A DNA stretch of 64,000 bases, from NCBI RefSeq assembly GCF_009914755.1, contig NC_060931.1; one strand, 5' to 3'. Shown one piece after another: positions 39,901 through 52,996 of this stretch (positions are counted from its first letter, which is position 1; every line of letters starts with the position of its first letter). This DNA is from the human T2T-CHM13v2.0 reference genome, Homo sapiens. The notes under the pieces were generated by a model that saw nothing but the letters and a program-made list of their open reading frames with translations, was not told where the DNA came from and did no database searches. Both the position numbers and the translations under genes were made by a program.

Positions 39901-41829
39901 GGTAGGAGTGAGGTGGTGCACATAGAGTGTAGCACTACTTTGGGTTGTCGTACCATCTTCTTGAGGCCTGTTTAGAACAGCACCCAGAGTGATGAGTATA
40001 AATACCCCATGTGTGAGACCATCTTTGGAAAGCATGAAGTCTCACCAAGAGATGAAGTGAGAAGCTGATATGCTGGCAGCCAGCATAATGGCTGTTTGAG
40101 GCCTTGTGTTGCTGTTCTTTTTTAATGTGTATAAGTTCACGTGAATTTTCATTCTAGCATAATATAGCATATTTTATTTTAATATAAAAATGTGTTAAAT
40201 TACTTAGCCTCCTTCCCCCACCCATTTTGCAACCCTCAAGTTCCTCCAGTAAAAAGTATACTCTAGGAAAAAAATGACAAGCTCTTCCTGGGACTTTTCA
40301 TACTCTCTGGCACAGCGGTGAGTACTCCTATTCTGAGCTAGGAGGAAAAAAGAAAAACTGTAAGAAAAAGAAGCAGAGTAACAGAACATTTCACTCAGTA
40401 TGACAAAAGTATGATAAGCCTCAAATATCCTTGGCTAAGCTAATTGACAAAACTGTAAAATTCTATTAAAATTCATGGGTCATAATTATTTTGGCAAAAA
40501 TAATTGAGAGAAAGTTTAAAAAGGTGTTGATAAAAGTAATTTTGAAAATGCAAAGCATTGGTTTAACAAATACATTTTGTTTAGAAAGATAAGAGAGAAG
40601 ATTTGAGAATATTTACATATCAGTTATAAAATGTATCTTAAGTTTACACTTATTCTAGATCTTTTCATTATAAAATTAGGTTTTGATTTAAGTCTATTTT
40701 CTTTCTTCTTACAATGAATGGTTTTTGTAGGTGGTTCCAAGTTCTGCTAACTTATAATCTTGGGACTATCCATGTTTATCATAGGAATCTGAAGAAAATA
40801 TTTGTTGTAGAAAAAAAAAAGTTTACTTAAATGTTTAAACCATTTGCCCTGGGATGTTGATCTTATTCACCAACCTTGGGATGCTAAATTCACTGACTCA
40901 GACCTCCCTTATCTGATTCTAATAAACTAAATTAGTATAAGAAAAATTGAACAGTCTCTCTTAGAATTAGAAATGTAGCTAAAGGCATTTCTGTTCATAA
41001 AAAGCTACTTTTGCAAAGACAAAAAGTGATTTGTGTAGATTAACTTTCAAACACAATGCAAAATCTTAGTTTTCTTCTAAGTTCCCCAACTGGAACTCAA
41101 CAAAAATCATTTGCTATCTGCCACCTGCCCCTCTCTCTCCCTGCTGCACATTCCTATTGTGGCTCTGGCAAGCTGCTGCTGTTCCTCCGCTTTCCTTCCC
41201 TAGCCTGTTAATGCGTCAGCACTCACCCAGTTACCCTAACTAAGATCTTTTTTGATTTCTCTTTTCTTCCCTCTCTACTCACCTATCTTTCACCACCAAT
41301 TAACTGCAAGCCACATCCAATAAATGACAATTGGTGGCCACGTGCTGCTCAGTGTGGGGGATTCTGTCAGTCCTCACTTCCTGACCTCCTATTCTTGGCC
41401 TTCCCATGCCTCCACTTCATGTTCTGGAACTCAGTAACCTAGATTCAGTTGCCAGCTTGGTGACTAACTTAGAAATCCCACAGGATGTTACTATTCAAAA
41501 CCTGTCCTCTCCCTGCACCACCCCCAAACCCCAGTCCCAAACCAGGCTGTAGGTTGGTGTGCTCCAGTCTCTACCCACTGTGTTTGTCCACTCAGAGAGG
41601 GAGATCAGGGACACATCTCCCAGCTGGCAGCCACTCTCCATTCCAACCCACACCCCACCCTGCCACCAGAAGCACCATTCTACTTTACTACTCAAAGCAG
41701 ACATTGAATCTCTGCTGTCCAACACATAATAAGGTCTGCAACATCATGTAGCAGTGTACATAAGTCCCACTGCAATCTGACTCAGACCACCATGTCCCCT
41801 GCATTCGTATCATGTTAGATTATCTCAAA

Positions 41830-42110
41830 CATTGTTTTATTTAACATTGATGAGTTGCTACTATATAGCCAGGCATTGGGCTAGGGATTCCACAATGAGT
41901 AATTTTGATACTCCTAGAAAAATAATACCTAGAGGGGGTACCAAGAAGCAAATGATTAAAACACAGAATGATGATAGCTATGAGTGATGGTCAAGAGACA
42001 ACCTAGGAGTGTATCTAATCCTGCTTGGAAGCCTCAAGTAGCAGTAGATTTTCAGAAGACATTTGGGAAAGGCAAGAGCTGAAAGATGCCAAAAAGTTAG
42101 ACTAGCTTCT
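41830..42110 (-). mobile_element. L2 3' end
   Basis: 'gagttgctactatatagccaggcattgggctagggatt'. Confidence 0.65.
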
Positions 42111-42169
42111 CTCCTTTGAAAGATCTCCCTTTCAAAGAGAATTCTTATTTGGCCTTCAGGGCTACTCTC

Positions 42170-42420
42170 GGGCTTCCCGCTAACCTTCCCAGGCACAGTC
42201 AAATGTTCTCTCACCTGCAGCCCACCTGAAGCACATCTTCCATATCCATATTACTGCTCTTATCTCATTGCATCACAGCGATTGGGAAAGACAACTGGCC
42301 TTGCCCTCACCTGGGAACTCCATCAGGGCAGAGAAGGTGTCCTTATCCATCTCTGTGCCCAACTTACCAGATACATAATATATGTTCAATCAAGTTTGAT
42401 GAATAATTCAGTTTAACAAA
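42170..42420 (+). mobile_element. L2 3' end
   Basis: 'ctgggaactccatcagggcagagaaggtgtccttatccatctctgtgccc...gttcaatcaagtttgatgaat'. Confidence 0.65.
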
Positions 42421-44938
42421 GAATGATTGTAAACCAGCTTTAACATTTGAAAGTCTATATTAAAATAAGTAAGACATCCGTAGGGACATAACACCTCCAA
42501 GAGTATTTTTTATTGTACAAAAAGTCTTTTATACTTTAGAAAACAATACACTGAAAAAAAATTAAAAAAGAACAATTCCCTATAGAACTAAGCAAGGTCT
42601 CAGAAATGCTTTCTTATGTTTGAACACATTTTATAGCACGTGGCTGATTTAAGCGATGTTTATAGTCGCTGCTAAATTGTGGGCTGTTAGACACTTTATC
42701 ATTCACATACTTCATTTGTGGGTGGGGACAGTGCAGACAGCTTAGAGGAAGGACTTTAAAGTCCCTGGCCAGGCCAGTCTGGAGCACACTCACCCACCAG
42801 CTTCTGGGCCCCTGGAATTGCACTCATCTTCCACCATGACCAATGTGGCCACAGTGTATAGTTTTGCACAAGGCAAGAAAGACAATACACTTCCAGGATA
42901 ATTAAACTAATAACAATTACACCAAAAACTTAATATCCATTTTGTCATCTGAAAAGGTCACTCCCAATTAAATTGCTGGCAGAATTTTCTACAATTTCCG
43001 ACTTCACGGGCTATTTTGGTCACTAGTAAGCTCAGGGTAACTGAAAATATATACCCATATACCTCACCACCACATGTTGTTTTAGAATTTCTTCTAAAAT
43101 ATTTAGAAGACATTTCCTGTAGAGACTGGCAGGCAATTGTTTGTTTTGCTTTTCCATCTGGTATTCAATTAATATACTAATAGCCACTCTAATTTACCCT
43201 GCTATAATACCGATCTTATTTTTTCAAGTGGCATGTTTATTTTCACTTGGGGACTGAAAAATACTGCATATTGGAAGCAACGGTTCATTTGCAGCTGCCA
43301 CATCTAAAGCAACTCCAGTGCTGTTAATGTTCTGTAATGGGGGCATCTAAGTTTCTCCACTTGCTTGGCATTCTCTTGGATGTTAATGTTCATTAACTTT
43401 GTATTATTAATTTAATGTTTATAAACATTGTTAATAAATACAAAAGACGTTGCAAAGCACAAATGGAACACTAAAAGTTAGTGAGATAAATTAGACAACT
43501 TTTGTAGACACATGTATGTTGTGGGGTGTGTTTTTACCTTTTCCCACTTTTCATCTTCGCTATTAACCAGCTCTGTTGGTAGTGATGAAAGTCACTGAAA
43601 TTTGCTCTGAAGTCACAGGGGCATTTTGTAGGTGTGAAGCTGGGATTTAGGGAAAACTGAGTGAGAGGATCAGAATATTCAGAGAAAAGTCATTAAAATG
43701 GCAGGTGAGTGAGCTGGAAATATCCTCATTGCATAGATAGAAAGCCTGTTAGTCGAGACTACCTAACAGAAAAGATAATAAAGGTGAGAAACTGCTATAT
43801 GGCTGAAAGTGATGACTATAAGTTATACTTTTCTATCTCCTATAGCCTTTTTCAGTGCTGGGCAATTAGTAGGCTCAATCTTTGAAGACTGACAGATGTT
43901 AGCTTGATTCATGGTTCACAAGATGCCAGCTTTGTGGGTTCATTCCTCCTTTAACTTGGTCTGTGACATATATCCCAAAATTCTCACATGGGTAGCCCAA
44001 CCCAGATCTGCACCATTGTCACAATAGACTCTGAAGTTCATCAACACTAGTGAATGTTTTCCTAGAAAGTAGGCTCTGCTGAGAGTAGGTCAGAGATATT
44101 GCTCCTTTCTTGTAGTTACCACTCATTACCCCATCAAAATCTCTAAATAATTGTTGGTGCTCTCTCTCTTTTTATCTGAATAGAAAAATGCCTTTAAGAT
44201 AAAACCCCCAGGATCATGGCAGGCAAGAGGCAGGACTAGATTGCAGCTCCCATGCAGGCAGATACAGCAGTGTGTGGAGACTCGCATCTCAAACTTTTGC
44301 TCCAGAATTACTGCAGGAATAAACCAGGAAAGCCAAGAGAACCCCAGACCCTCTGAAGGAAGCGGATTGCTCTTGCAGGAACTGGAAGACATCCCAAATA
44401 CTCAGCTGCAGCGAGACCTGCCCAAAGAGAGTCTGAACTAAGACACACCTTGCCCTGCCCCACCTGATGGTCCTTCCCTACCCACCATGGTAGCTGAAGA
44501 CAAAGGGCATATTCTCTTGGGAGCTCTAGGGCCCTGCCCACCGCTGGTTCCTCCCTATACTACCACAGCTGATGCTCTCTTCAAAGTGCCATCTCCTGGC
44601 AGGAGGCCAACCAGCACAAAAATAGTGTATTAAAAAACCAAAACTAAGAACCCTCACAGAGTCCATTTCACTCCCCTTCCACATCTACTGGAGCAGATGC
44701 TAGGATCCATGGCTGCGAGACCTGCAGATGGTTCTGATCATAGGACTCTGTGCAGACAACCCTCAGTACAACTCCAGAGCCTGGTAGACCTGCTGGGTGG
44801 CTAGATCCAGAAGCTCTCAGGAAACCATGTCTCTAGGAAAACGGGGAGAGTACTACACCAAGAGAACACCCCGTGGGACAAAAGAATCTGAACAGCAACC
44901 TTGAGCTCTAGACTTTCACTCTGACATAGGCTACCCAA

Positions 44939-45954
44939 ATGAGAAAGAATCAGAAAAACAATTCTGGTAATATGATAAAACAAGGCTCTTTGACACCCCT
45001 GAAAATCACATTAGCTCACCGGCGATAGGCCAAACCAAGAGGAAATCCCTGATTTACCTGAAAAATAATTCAGAAGGTCAGTTATTAAGCTAAACAAGGA
45101 GGTGCCAGAGAAAGGTGAAGTCCAATTTAAGGAAATCAAAAACATGATACAAGAAATGAGGGGAGAAATCTTCAGTGAAATAGATAGCATAAATAAACAA
45201 TCAACACTTCAGAAAATAATGGATGCACTTAGAGAAATGCAAAATGCTCTGGAAAGTCTCAGCAATAGAACTGAACAAGGATAGAAAGAACTTCAGAGCT
45301 CAAAGACAAGGTTTTGAATTAACCCAATCCAACAAAGACAAAGAAAAAAGAGTAAGAAAAAGTGAACAAAGCCTCGAAGAAGTTTGGGATTACGTTAAAT
45401 GACCAAACTAAGAATAATTGGTGTTCCTGAGAAATAAGAGAAATCTAAAAGTTTGGAAATCATATTTGGGGGAATAATTGAGGAAAACTTCCCTGGCCTT
45501 GCTAGAGACCTAGACATCCAAATACAAGAAGCTCAAAGAATGCTTGGGAAATTCATTGCAAAAAGATCATCGCATAGGCCCATTGTCATCAAGTTATCTA
45601 AAGTTAAGACCATCTTAAGAACTGTGAGGCAAAAGTGCCAGGTAACCTATAAAGGAAAACCTATCAGATTAACAGCAGATTTCTCAGCAGAAACCCTACA
45701 AGCTAGAAGGGATTGGGCCCTATCTTCAGCTTCCTTAAACAAAGCAATTATCAGCCAGGAATTTTGTATCCAGCAAAACTAACCTTCATACATGAAGAAA
45801 AGAGTTTTTTTCAGACAAACAAATGCTACGAGAAGTAACAAGTACCAAGCCAGCACTACAAGAACTGCTAAAAGGAGCTCTAAATCTTGGACCAAATCCT
45901 AGGAACACATCAAAACAGAACCTCTTTAAAGCATAAATCTCACAGGACCTGTAA
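44939..45954 (+). pseudogene. L1 ORF1 remnant (stops and frameshifts)
   Basis: Fragments IIEENFPGLARDLDIQIQEAQR and VTYKGKPIRLTADFSAETLQARRDW. Confidence 0.88.
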
Positions 45955-46005
45955 AACAAAAATACAATAAAAAAAAACCAAGGTATACAGGCAACAAATA
46001 GCACG

Positions 46006-49000
46006 ATGGATGGAATAGTACCTCATATCTCAATACTAGCATTGAATGTAAATGGCCGACATGCTGCACTTAAAAGGTGTAGAATAGATAAGAATTCACC
46101 AATGAACTATCTGCTGTCATCAAGAAACTCATCTAACACATAAGGACTCACATGAATTTAACTTAAAGGGGTGGAAAAAGACATTCCATGCAAATGGACA
46201 CCAAAAGCCAGTAGGAGTAGCTATTATTATATCAGACAAAACAAACTTTAAAGCAACAGCAGTTAAAAGAGACAAAGAGGGACATTATATAATGATAAAG
46301 GGCCTTGATCAAAAGGAAAATATGACAATCCTAACTATATATGCACCTGACACCAGAGCTCCCAAATTTATAAAACAATTACTGCTAGACCTAAGAAATG
46401 AGATAGACAGCAACATAATAAGAGTGGGAAACTTCAATATTCCAATGACAGCCCTAGACAGGTCACCAAGGCAGAAAGTCAACAAAGAAACAAAAATTTA
46501 AACTATACCCTGGAACAAATTGATTTAACAGATATTTACAGAACATTCTACCCAATAACTGCAGAATATACATTCTATTCATCAGCTCATGGAACTTTCT
46601 CCAAGATAGACCATATGATAGGCCACAAAACAAGTCTCAATAAATTTAAGAAAATTGAAATTATATCATGTACTCTCTCAGACCACAGTGGAATAAAACT
46701 GGAAATCAACTCCAAAAGGAACCTTCAAAACCATGCAAATATGTGGAAATTAAATAACTTGCTCTTGAATGGTCATTGGATCAACAATGAAATCAAGATG
46801 GAAATTAAAACATTCTTCGAAATGAACGACAACAGTTCAACCTATCAAACCTATCAAAACCTCTGGGATACAGAAAAGATGGTGCTAAGAGGAAACTCAT
46901 AGCCCTAAATGCCTCCATCAAAAAGTCTGAAAGAGCACAAATAGACAATCTAAGTTCATGCCTCAAGGAACTAGAGAAACAAGAACATATCAAACCCAAA
47001 CCCAGCAGAAGAAAGGAAATAACCAAGATCAGAGCAGAATTAAATGGAACTGAAATAAAAAAATACAAAAGATAAATGAAACAAAAAGCTGGTTCTTTGA
47101 AAAGATAAATAACATTGATAGACCATTAGCAAGATTAACCAAGAAAAAAAGAGAGAAAATCCAAATAAACTCAATTAGAAATGAAATGGGAGATACTACA
47201 ACTGACACCACAGAAATACAAAAACTCATTCAAGGCTACTATGAACACCTTTAAGTGCATAAACTAAAAAATCTAGAGGAGATGGATAAATTCCTGGAAA
47301 GATTTAATCCTCCTACCGTAAAGCAGGAAGAATTAGATATCCTAAACGAACCAATAACAAGCAGCAAGTTTGAAATGGTAATTTAAAAATTGCCAACAAC
47401 AACAAAAACGTCCTGGACCAGATGAGTTCACAGCTGAAATCTACCACACATTCAAAAAAGAATTGGTAGCAATCCTATTGACACTATTCCACAAGATAGA
47501 GAAAGAGGGAATCCTCCCTAAATAATTATATGAAACCAGTATCACCATAATCCCAAAACCAGGAAAGGACATAGCCAAAAAAGAATACTACACACCAATA
47601 TCCCTGATGAACATAGATACAAAAATCCTTAACAAAGTACTAGCTTACCAAACCCAACAACATATTAAAAATATAATCCACCATGATCAAGTCAGTTTCA
47701 TACCAGGGATGCAGGGATGGTTTAAGATATGCAAGTCAATAAATGTGATATACCATATAAACAGAATTAAGAACAAAAATCACATGATCATCTTAATAGA
47801 TGCAGAAAAAGCATTTGACAAAATCCAGCATTTCTTTATGATTAAAACCCTCAGCAAAATTGGCATACAAGAGATATAACTCAATGTAATAAAAGCCATC
47901 TATGACAAACCCACAGACAACATAATACTGAATGGGAAAAGTTGAAAGCATTCCCTCTGAGACAAGACAAGGATGCACACTCTCACCACTTCTATTCAAC
48001 ATGGTACTGGAAGTCCTAGCCAGAGCGATCAGACAAGAGAAAGAAATAAAGGGCATCCAAATCAGTAAAGAGGATATCGAACTGTTTTGTTTGCTTATTA
48101 TATGACTGTATACCTAGAAAACCCTAAAAACTCCTCCAAAAAGCTCCTAGAACCCATAAATGAATTCAGCAAAATTTCAGTATACAAAATTAATGTACAC
48201 AAATCAGTAGCTTTGCTATACACCAACAATGACTAAGCTGAGAATCAAACCAAGAACTCAATCCATTTTACAATAGCTGCAAAAATAAAATAAAATCCTT
48301 GGGAATATACCTGACCAAGGAAGTAGAAGATTTCTACAAGGAAACCTACAAAATACTGCTGAAAGAAATCATAGATGACACAAAAAATGGAAACATATCT
48401 CATGCAATATTGTGAAAACGAGCAAACTGCCAAAAGCAATCTACAAATTCAATGCAATTCCCATGAAAATACCACCATCGTTCTTCACAGAACTAGAAAA
48501 AAAATCCTAAAATTTATATGGACCCAAAAAGAGAGCCTGCATAGCCATAGCAAGACTAAACAAAATGAACAAATCTGGAGGCATCACATTATCTGATTTC
48601 AAACTATACTATAAGGCCATAGTCACCAAAACAGCATGGTACTGGTATAAAAACAGGCACATAGGAAAATGAAACAGAATAGAGAACCCAGAAATAAACC
48701 CGAATACTTAAAGCCAACGGATCTTTGACAAGGCAAACAAAAACAAAATGGGGGAAAAGACGCCATACTCAACAAATGGTGCTGAGACAATTGGCAAACC
48801 ACATGTAGGAGAATGAAACTGGATCCTCATCTCTCATCTTATACAAAAATCAACTCAAGATAGATGAAGGACTTAAATCTAAGACCCAAAACTATAAAAA
48901 TTCTAGAAGATAACATTGGAAAAACCTTTCTAAACATTGGCTTAGGCAAGGATTTCATGAACAAGAACCCAAAAGCAAATTCAATAAAAACAAAGGTAAA

Positions 49001-49798
49001 TACCTGGGACTTAATTAAACTAAAGAGATTTTGCATGGCAAAAGGAACTGTCAGCAGAGTAAACAGACAACCCATGGAGTGGGAGAGAATCTTCACAATC
49101 TATACATCTGACAAAGGACTATATCCGGAATCTACAATGAACTCAAACAAATTAGCAAGAAAACAAACTATCCCATTAAAAAGTGAGCTAAGGACATGAA
49201 TGGGCAATTCTGAAAAGAAGATATACAAATGGCCAACAAACATGAAAAAATGCTCAACATCACTAATGACCATGGAAATGCAAAATCAAAACCACCATGT
49301 GATACCACCTTACTCCTGCAGGAATGGCCATAATCAAAAAAATCAAAAAATAATAGATGTTGACATGGGTGCAGTGAAAAGGGAACACTTCTATGCTGGC
49401 AGGAATGTAAACTAGCACAACCATTATGGAAAAGAGTGTGGAGATTTAAAGAGCTAAAAGTAGAACTACCATTTGATCCAGCAATCCCACTACTGGTTAT
49501 CTACCCAGAGAAAAAGAAGTCATTATACAAAAAAGCTACTTGAACATGCATGTTTATAGCAGCACAATTCACAATTGCAAAAATGTGGAACCAATCCAAA
49601 TGTCCATCAGTCAACAGGTGGATAAAGAAGCTGTGCTATATATATAGAACAGAATACTACTCAGCCATAAAAAGGAATGAATTAATGGCATTCATAGCAA
49701 CCTGGATGAGATTGCAGACTATTACTCTAAGTGAAGTAACTCAGGAATGGAAAGCCAAACATCGTATGTTCTCACTCATAGTAGGAATTAAACTATGA
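46006..49798 (+). pseudogene. L1 ORF2 (EN-RT-CCHC) remnant, multiply disrupted
   Basis: Fragments [48 protein letters not shown]. The RT FADD motif reads FAYY. Confidence 0.9.
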
Positions 49799-50002
49799 GG
49801 ATGTAAGGGCATAAGAATGACACAGTGGACTTTGGGGACTCAGGGGGAAAGGGTAAAAAGGGGGTGAGGTATAAAAGACTACAAATTGAGTTCAGTGTGT
49901 GCTGCTCAGGTGATAGGTGCACCAAAATCTCACAAATCACCACTAAAGAGATTACTCATGTAACCAAATACCACCTGTTCCCCAAAAAAACTTACGAAAA
50001 AA

Positions 50003-50032
50003 ATATGTATGTATGTGTGTATATATATATGC
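50003..50032. repeat. (TATG)/(TA) microsatellite at the L1PB1 tail
   Basis: atatgtatgtatgtgtgtatatatatatgc. Confidence 0.8.
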
Positions 50033-50527
50033 ATGCCTTTGAACCAAGACCAAGTCCTTAAATTTTCTCCTCCATAATCCCTAAATGCTGAGGATGAAAT
50101 GCTGAAAAAGACCTGGACTCCACTCTCCAGGAGTTTTACACACTGCTGGAGGAGGTTGGGTACCTAGGTGGCCAAAGCACAGGTACTCAATGAATGCCTG
50201 CAGAATTGAAGTAGCTAAAGGAGACTCCCATTTTCTACCTTCCGATATCACAATTATTTTCTTTATTGATATGCTTGGTCTTGAGAGTGTGTTTGAGTCA
50301 TGCCTCAGAATGCCTTGAGTTTTCATTAAACTTCATGACATTTTGTTTTCTATTTTTTAAATGCAAGGGTACATTTGCTTCTCAAGCACAATAAAAAGTC
50401 ATTTAAAGACAAATCTCATAAATAAAATGGCTGATAAGTCTGGAGGATAGTAGTGTAAGACTATAATAAAATATGGCTATGAAGCAATGAGGTCACTCTC
50501 TTACTCACGAACTAATCTGGAATGATG

Positions 50528-50765
50528 TAATAATAATAGGAACTAACAATTTGAGCACTTAATCAGTTCAAGTGCTTTGTGTGCATTATTTCACTTAATC
50601 TTCATAATTCATACATCATTTATACCAAATTATTTATGTAACATTCGTGTTTCCATTTCACAAATGGGAATAGAGATGCTAAGAGGGCCAAGTGTCATAA
50701 AGGAAGGACAGGGATTTGAAGCCAGGTATACCTGGCACCAGACCGGTGCTCAGTCTAAGCCACCA
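50528..50765 (-). mobile_element. MIR
   Basis: 'ttccatttcacaaatgggaatagagatgctaagag...gggatttgaagccagg'. Confidence 0.75.
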
Positions 50766-51557
50766 ACTTGTCTTCCACAAAATAAGACCCAGAGATGTTT
50801 TGAGTAAGTGGAACATAATCTCAAGGCATTTTGAAGAATAACTCAAGCTCTTCAAATCTGGATATACTGGCTGTGGTATCTTGGGTAAAACTTAGTCTAA
50901 AAAATGTAATGAATCAGTGCATACATGGCAGCAAGAGGTCAAGGTGATAATCTGTAACTATAAATTTGGAATGTGCACTTAGTAAATAAGTGTGGAAGTC
51001 TTAATGCATCGTCTTAGAGACATTGAGGAAAGCAGCTTTACTCATTATATTAAACAAACTTACATTAAGAATACAATAAAGGGTAGAGAGAAAAGAACAG
51101 AGCTCTGCAAGTGAAATATGCTCAGTATCAAGGTTTGAGAATTAATCTGTCATATTTTTCAATTTTCTTCTGTTTTTCATAGAAGCTGATAGGGTAAAGC
51201 AGAAGTCAATGTCCAGAAATGTTGAACTTTTGTTTTGTTTTTGTTCGCATTTGTTCTATGATTATCCTGAAGATTGCAGGAGCTTTTAAGTTCATTCACT
51301 GTCAACAGTCTGTTGTAGACCACTTATATCATGCCTATTTTTGAAATAATCAAATCTGAGGACCAATGTAAAGTTAGTAAAAGCAACATAAAAAATCAAC
51401 TAAGCTACACAGATTTTGGAATATAGATGGGATAAGGCAAATGTTAAGTTGCTTCACACTTTCAAAAATAAACACAACATGTAACTCTTTGGAAGATACC
51501 TGTTAGTATAAGCTTTGAAAAAACTCCAGGGATGATTAAAATGTGGCACATGCACAA

Positions 51558-51628
51558 CAGAGAGAGATGGAGAGAGAGGGAGGGAGGGAGGGAGACAACG
51601 AGAGCGAAAGCGAGAGAGAGAGAGAGAC
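51558..51628. repeat. GA-rich low-complexity tract
   Basis: Imperfect (GA)n/(GGGA)n. Confidence 0.85.
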
Positions 51629-52359
51629 TATCAATATCCATGTGTACAGGATTATTTTTTGAATATAGATTTTTTATCTACAGTTACACATTTAAAGAAT
51701 ATTCACTAAATAATGGATTCAGGTGTTTTAAACATATTTTTAAATGAACAGATTAGTAATGGAACAAATATTCATATACTGCACAATCTTTGAAGGTGAG
51801 AAGCTTAAAAGGGGAAGAAAGGGCACTTAGTTATTAAACGTGTACCTCCAGGCAAATCAAACAAAAAAACTCAGGGCATCAAAATATTCCTGGGTTTTTC
51901 TGACCCCTTTAGGCTTAGAAATTCTAATTTTAACAGGCTCAGGATGTTATTTTGCATGTTTTTGCAACTCATTAAAGAAGATAAAAATCTTTCCTTCTGT
52001 ACTGAGCCCTTTATTTTAAAATAAAAACCCCCAGGAAACTTCTTTTATTGAAAGGTGTAAAAAGGATCCAAAGCAGCTAAGTATTTATCAAAACAATGTA
52101 TAACTTAAATCCTAAGGCTTGACTCTGATCACACATCACCAGCATGTCAATTGGCTGTGGATTTTAGTGTTAGTAGATAGTGAGAAAATCAACCTGCTAT
52201 TTGGCCTATATAACTACAAGAACATCACTCTAATGTCTTTCCTCTTGACTTGACTGTTTTTGACAGAAATATCCAATTGTGTCACTGTATGGCTTTAACT
52301 ATGTTTGCTTTCTAGTTATCCTATCACATAGAAAAATCATTTTGACAAAATTTTTTAAA

Positions 52360-52700
52360 AACAGTAAGATGTGAAACACTATCCATAAAATGCTCATAAT
52401 AGTGTCTTTTTATATGTAATATGTATATATGTTCATATATGAGTGTACATATATATATATGCTCATAGTAAAAGATAAATATATTAAACTATGTTAACTG
52501 CAGTTAAATCAATATGATCTTTTAAGATATATATGTGTATGTGTTCAGGGTAAAAGATAAAGAGATATTAAACCGTATGTTAACTGTAGTTATTTTTAGT
52601 AGGTAGAACTATAAGAGATGTTTATTTTCCTTTGTGGTTTTAAATTATTTTCTAAGTTTCCTACAAAAACAAGTGCTACTTTTGCAAACAAAAAAAAAGA
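52360..52700 (+). mobile_element. L1ME-type 3' end
   Basis: 'tgttaactgtagttattttt...ttctaagtttcctacaaaaacaagtgctacttttgcaaacaaaaaaaaa'. Confidence 0.65.
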
Positions 52701-52906
52701 AAGCCAAGTACTAAATATTATTTCAAAATTTGGCATGAAATATAAAAGCCCAAATTAAATATGTGCAAAAAGTCTGTTAAATTCTCATGTTTACACTGTT
52801 CCTTCTACCATAAACCTAAAGGATCTGCTTGAATAATTTATGTACTTATGGGGAAGATATGGTCTTCAATACAAATCACCTGGTTTTGTGATTGTTGAAT
52901 TTAGAT

Positions 52907-52996
52907 TGTTAATGGTAGTATGACACAGCCATTTAAAGATGGAGTCCGCCCCTGTTAATGGTAGTATGACACAGCCATTTAAAGATGGAGTCCGCC
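52907..52996. repeat. Perfect 44-bp direct duplication with a 2-bp spacer
   Basis: tgttaatggtagtatgacacagccatttaaagatggagtccgcc at 52907-52950 and 52953-52996. Confidence 0.97.

Larger units (their letters stand above)
44206..50003 (+). mobile_element. Near full-length inactive L1PB1 (L1PBa-type 5' end)
   Basis: 5' end 'gatcatggcaggcaagaggcaggactagattgcagctccc', ORF1 and ORF2 remnants, 3'UTR 'ggcataagaatgacacagtggactttggggactc...catgtaaccaaataccacctgttcccc'. Possible residual TSD atgccttt at 44188-44195 and 50033-50040. Confidence 0.93.

Noticed and set aside
41830-42420. Inverted L2 pair as a miR-28/151-type precursor
   Set aside because: The pair is head-to-head rather than tail-to-tail and too diverged for a visible stem.
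52907-52996. CRISPR-like repeat
   Set aside because: Only two copies, a 2-bp spacer, a eukaryotic context and no cas genes.
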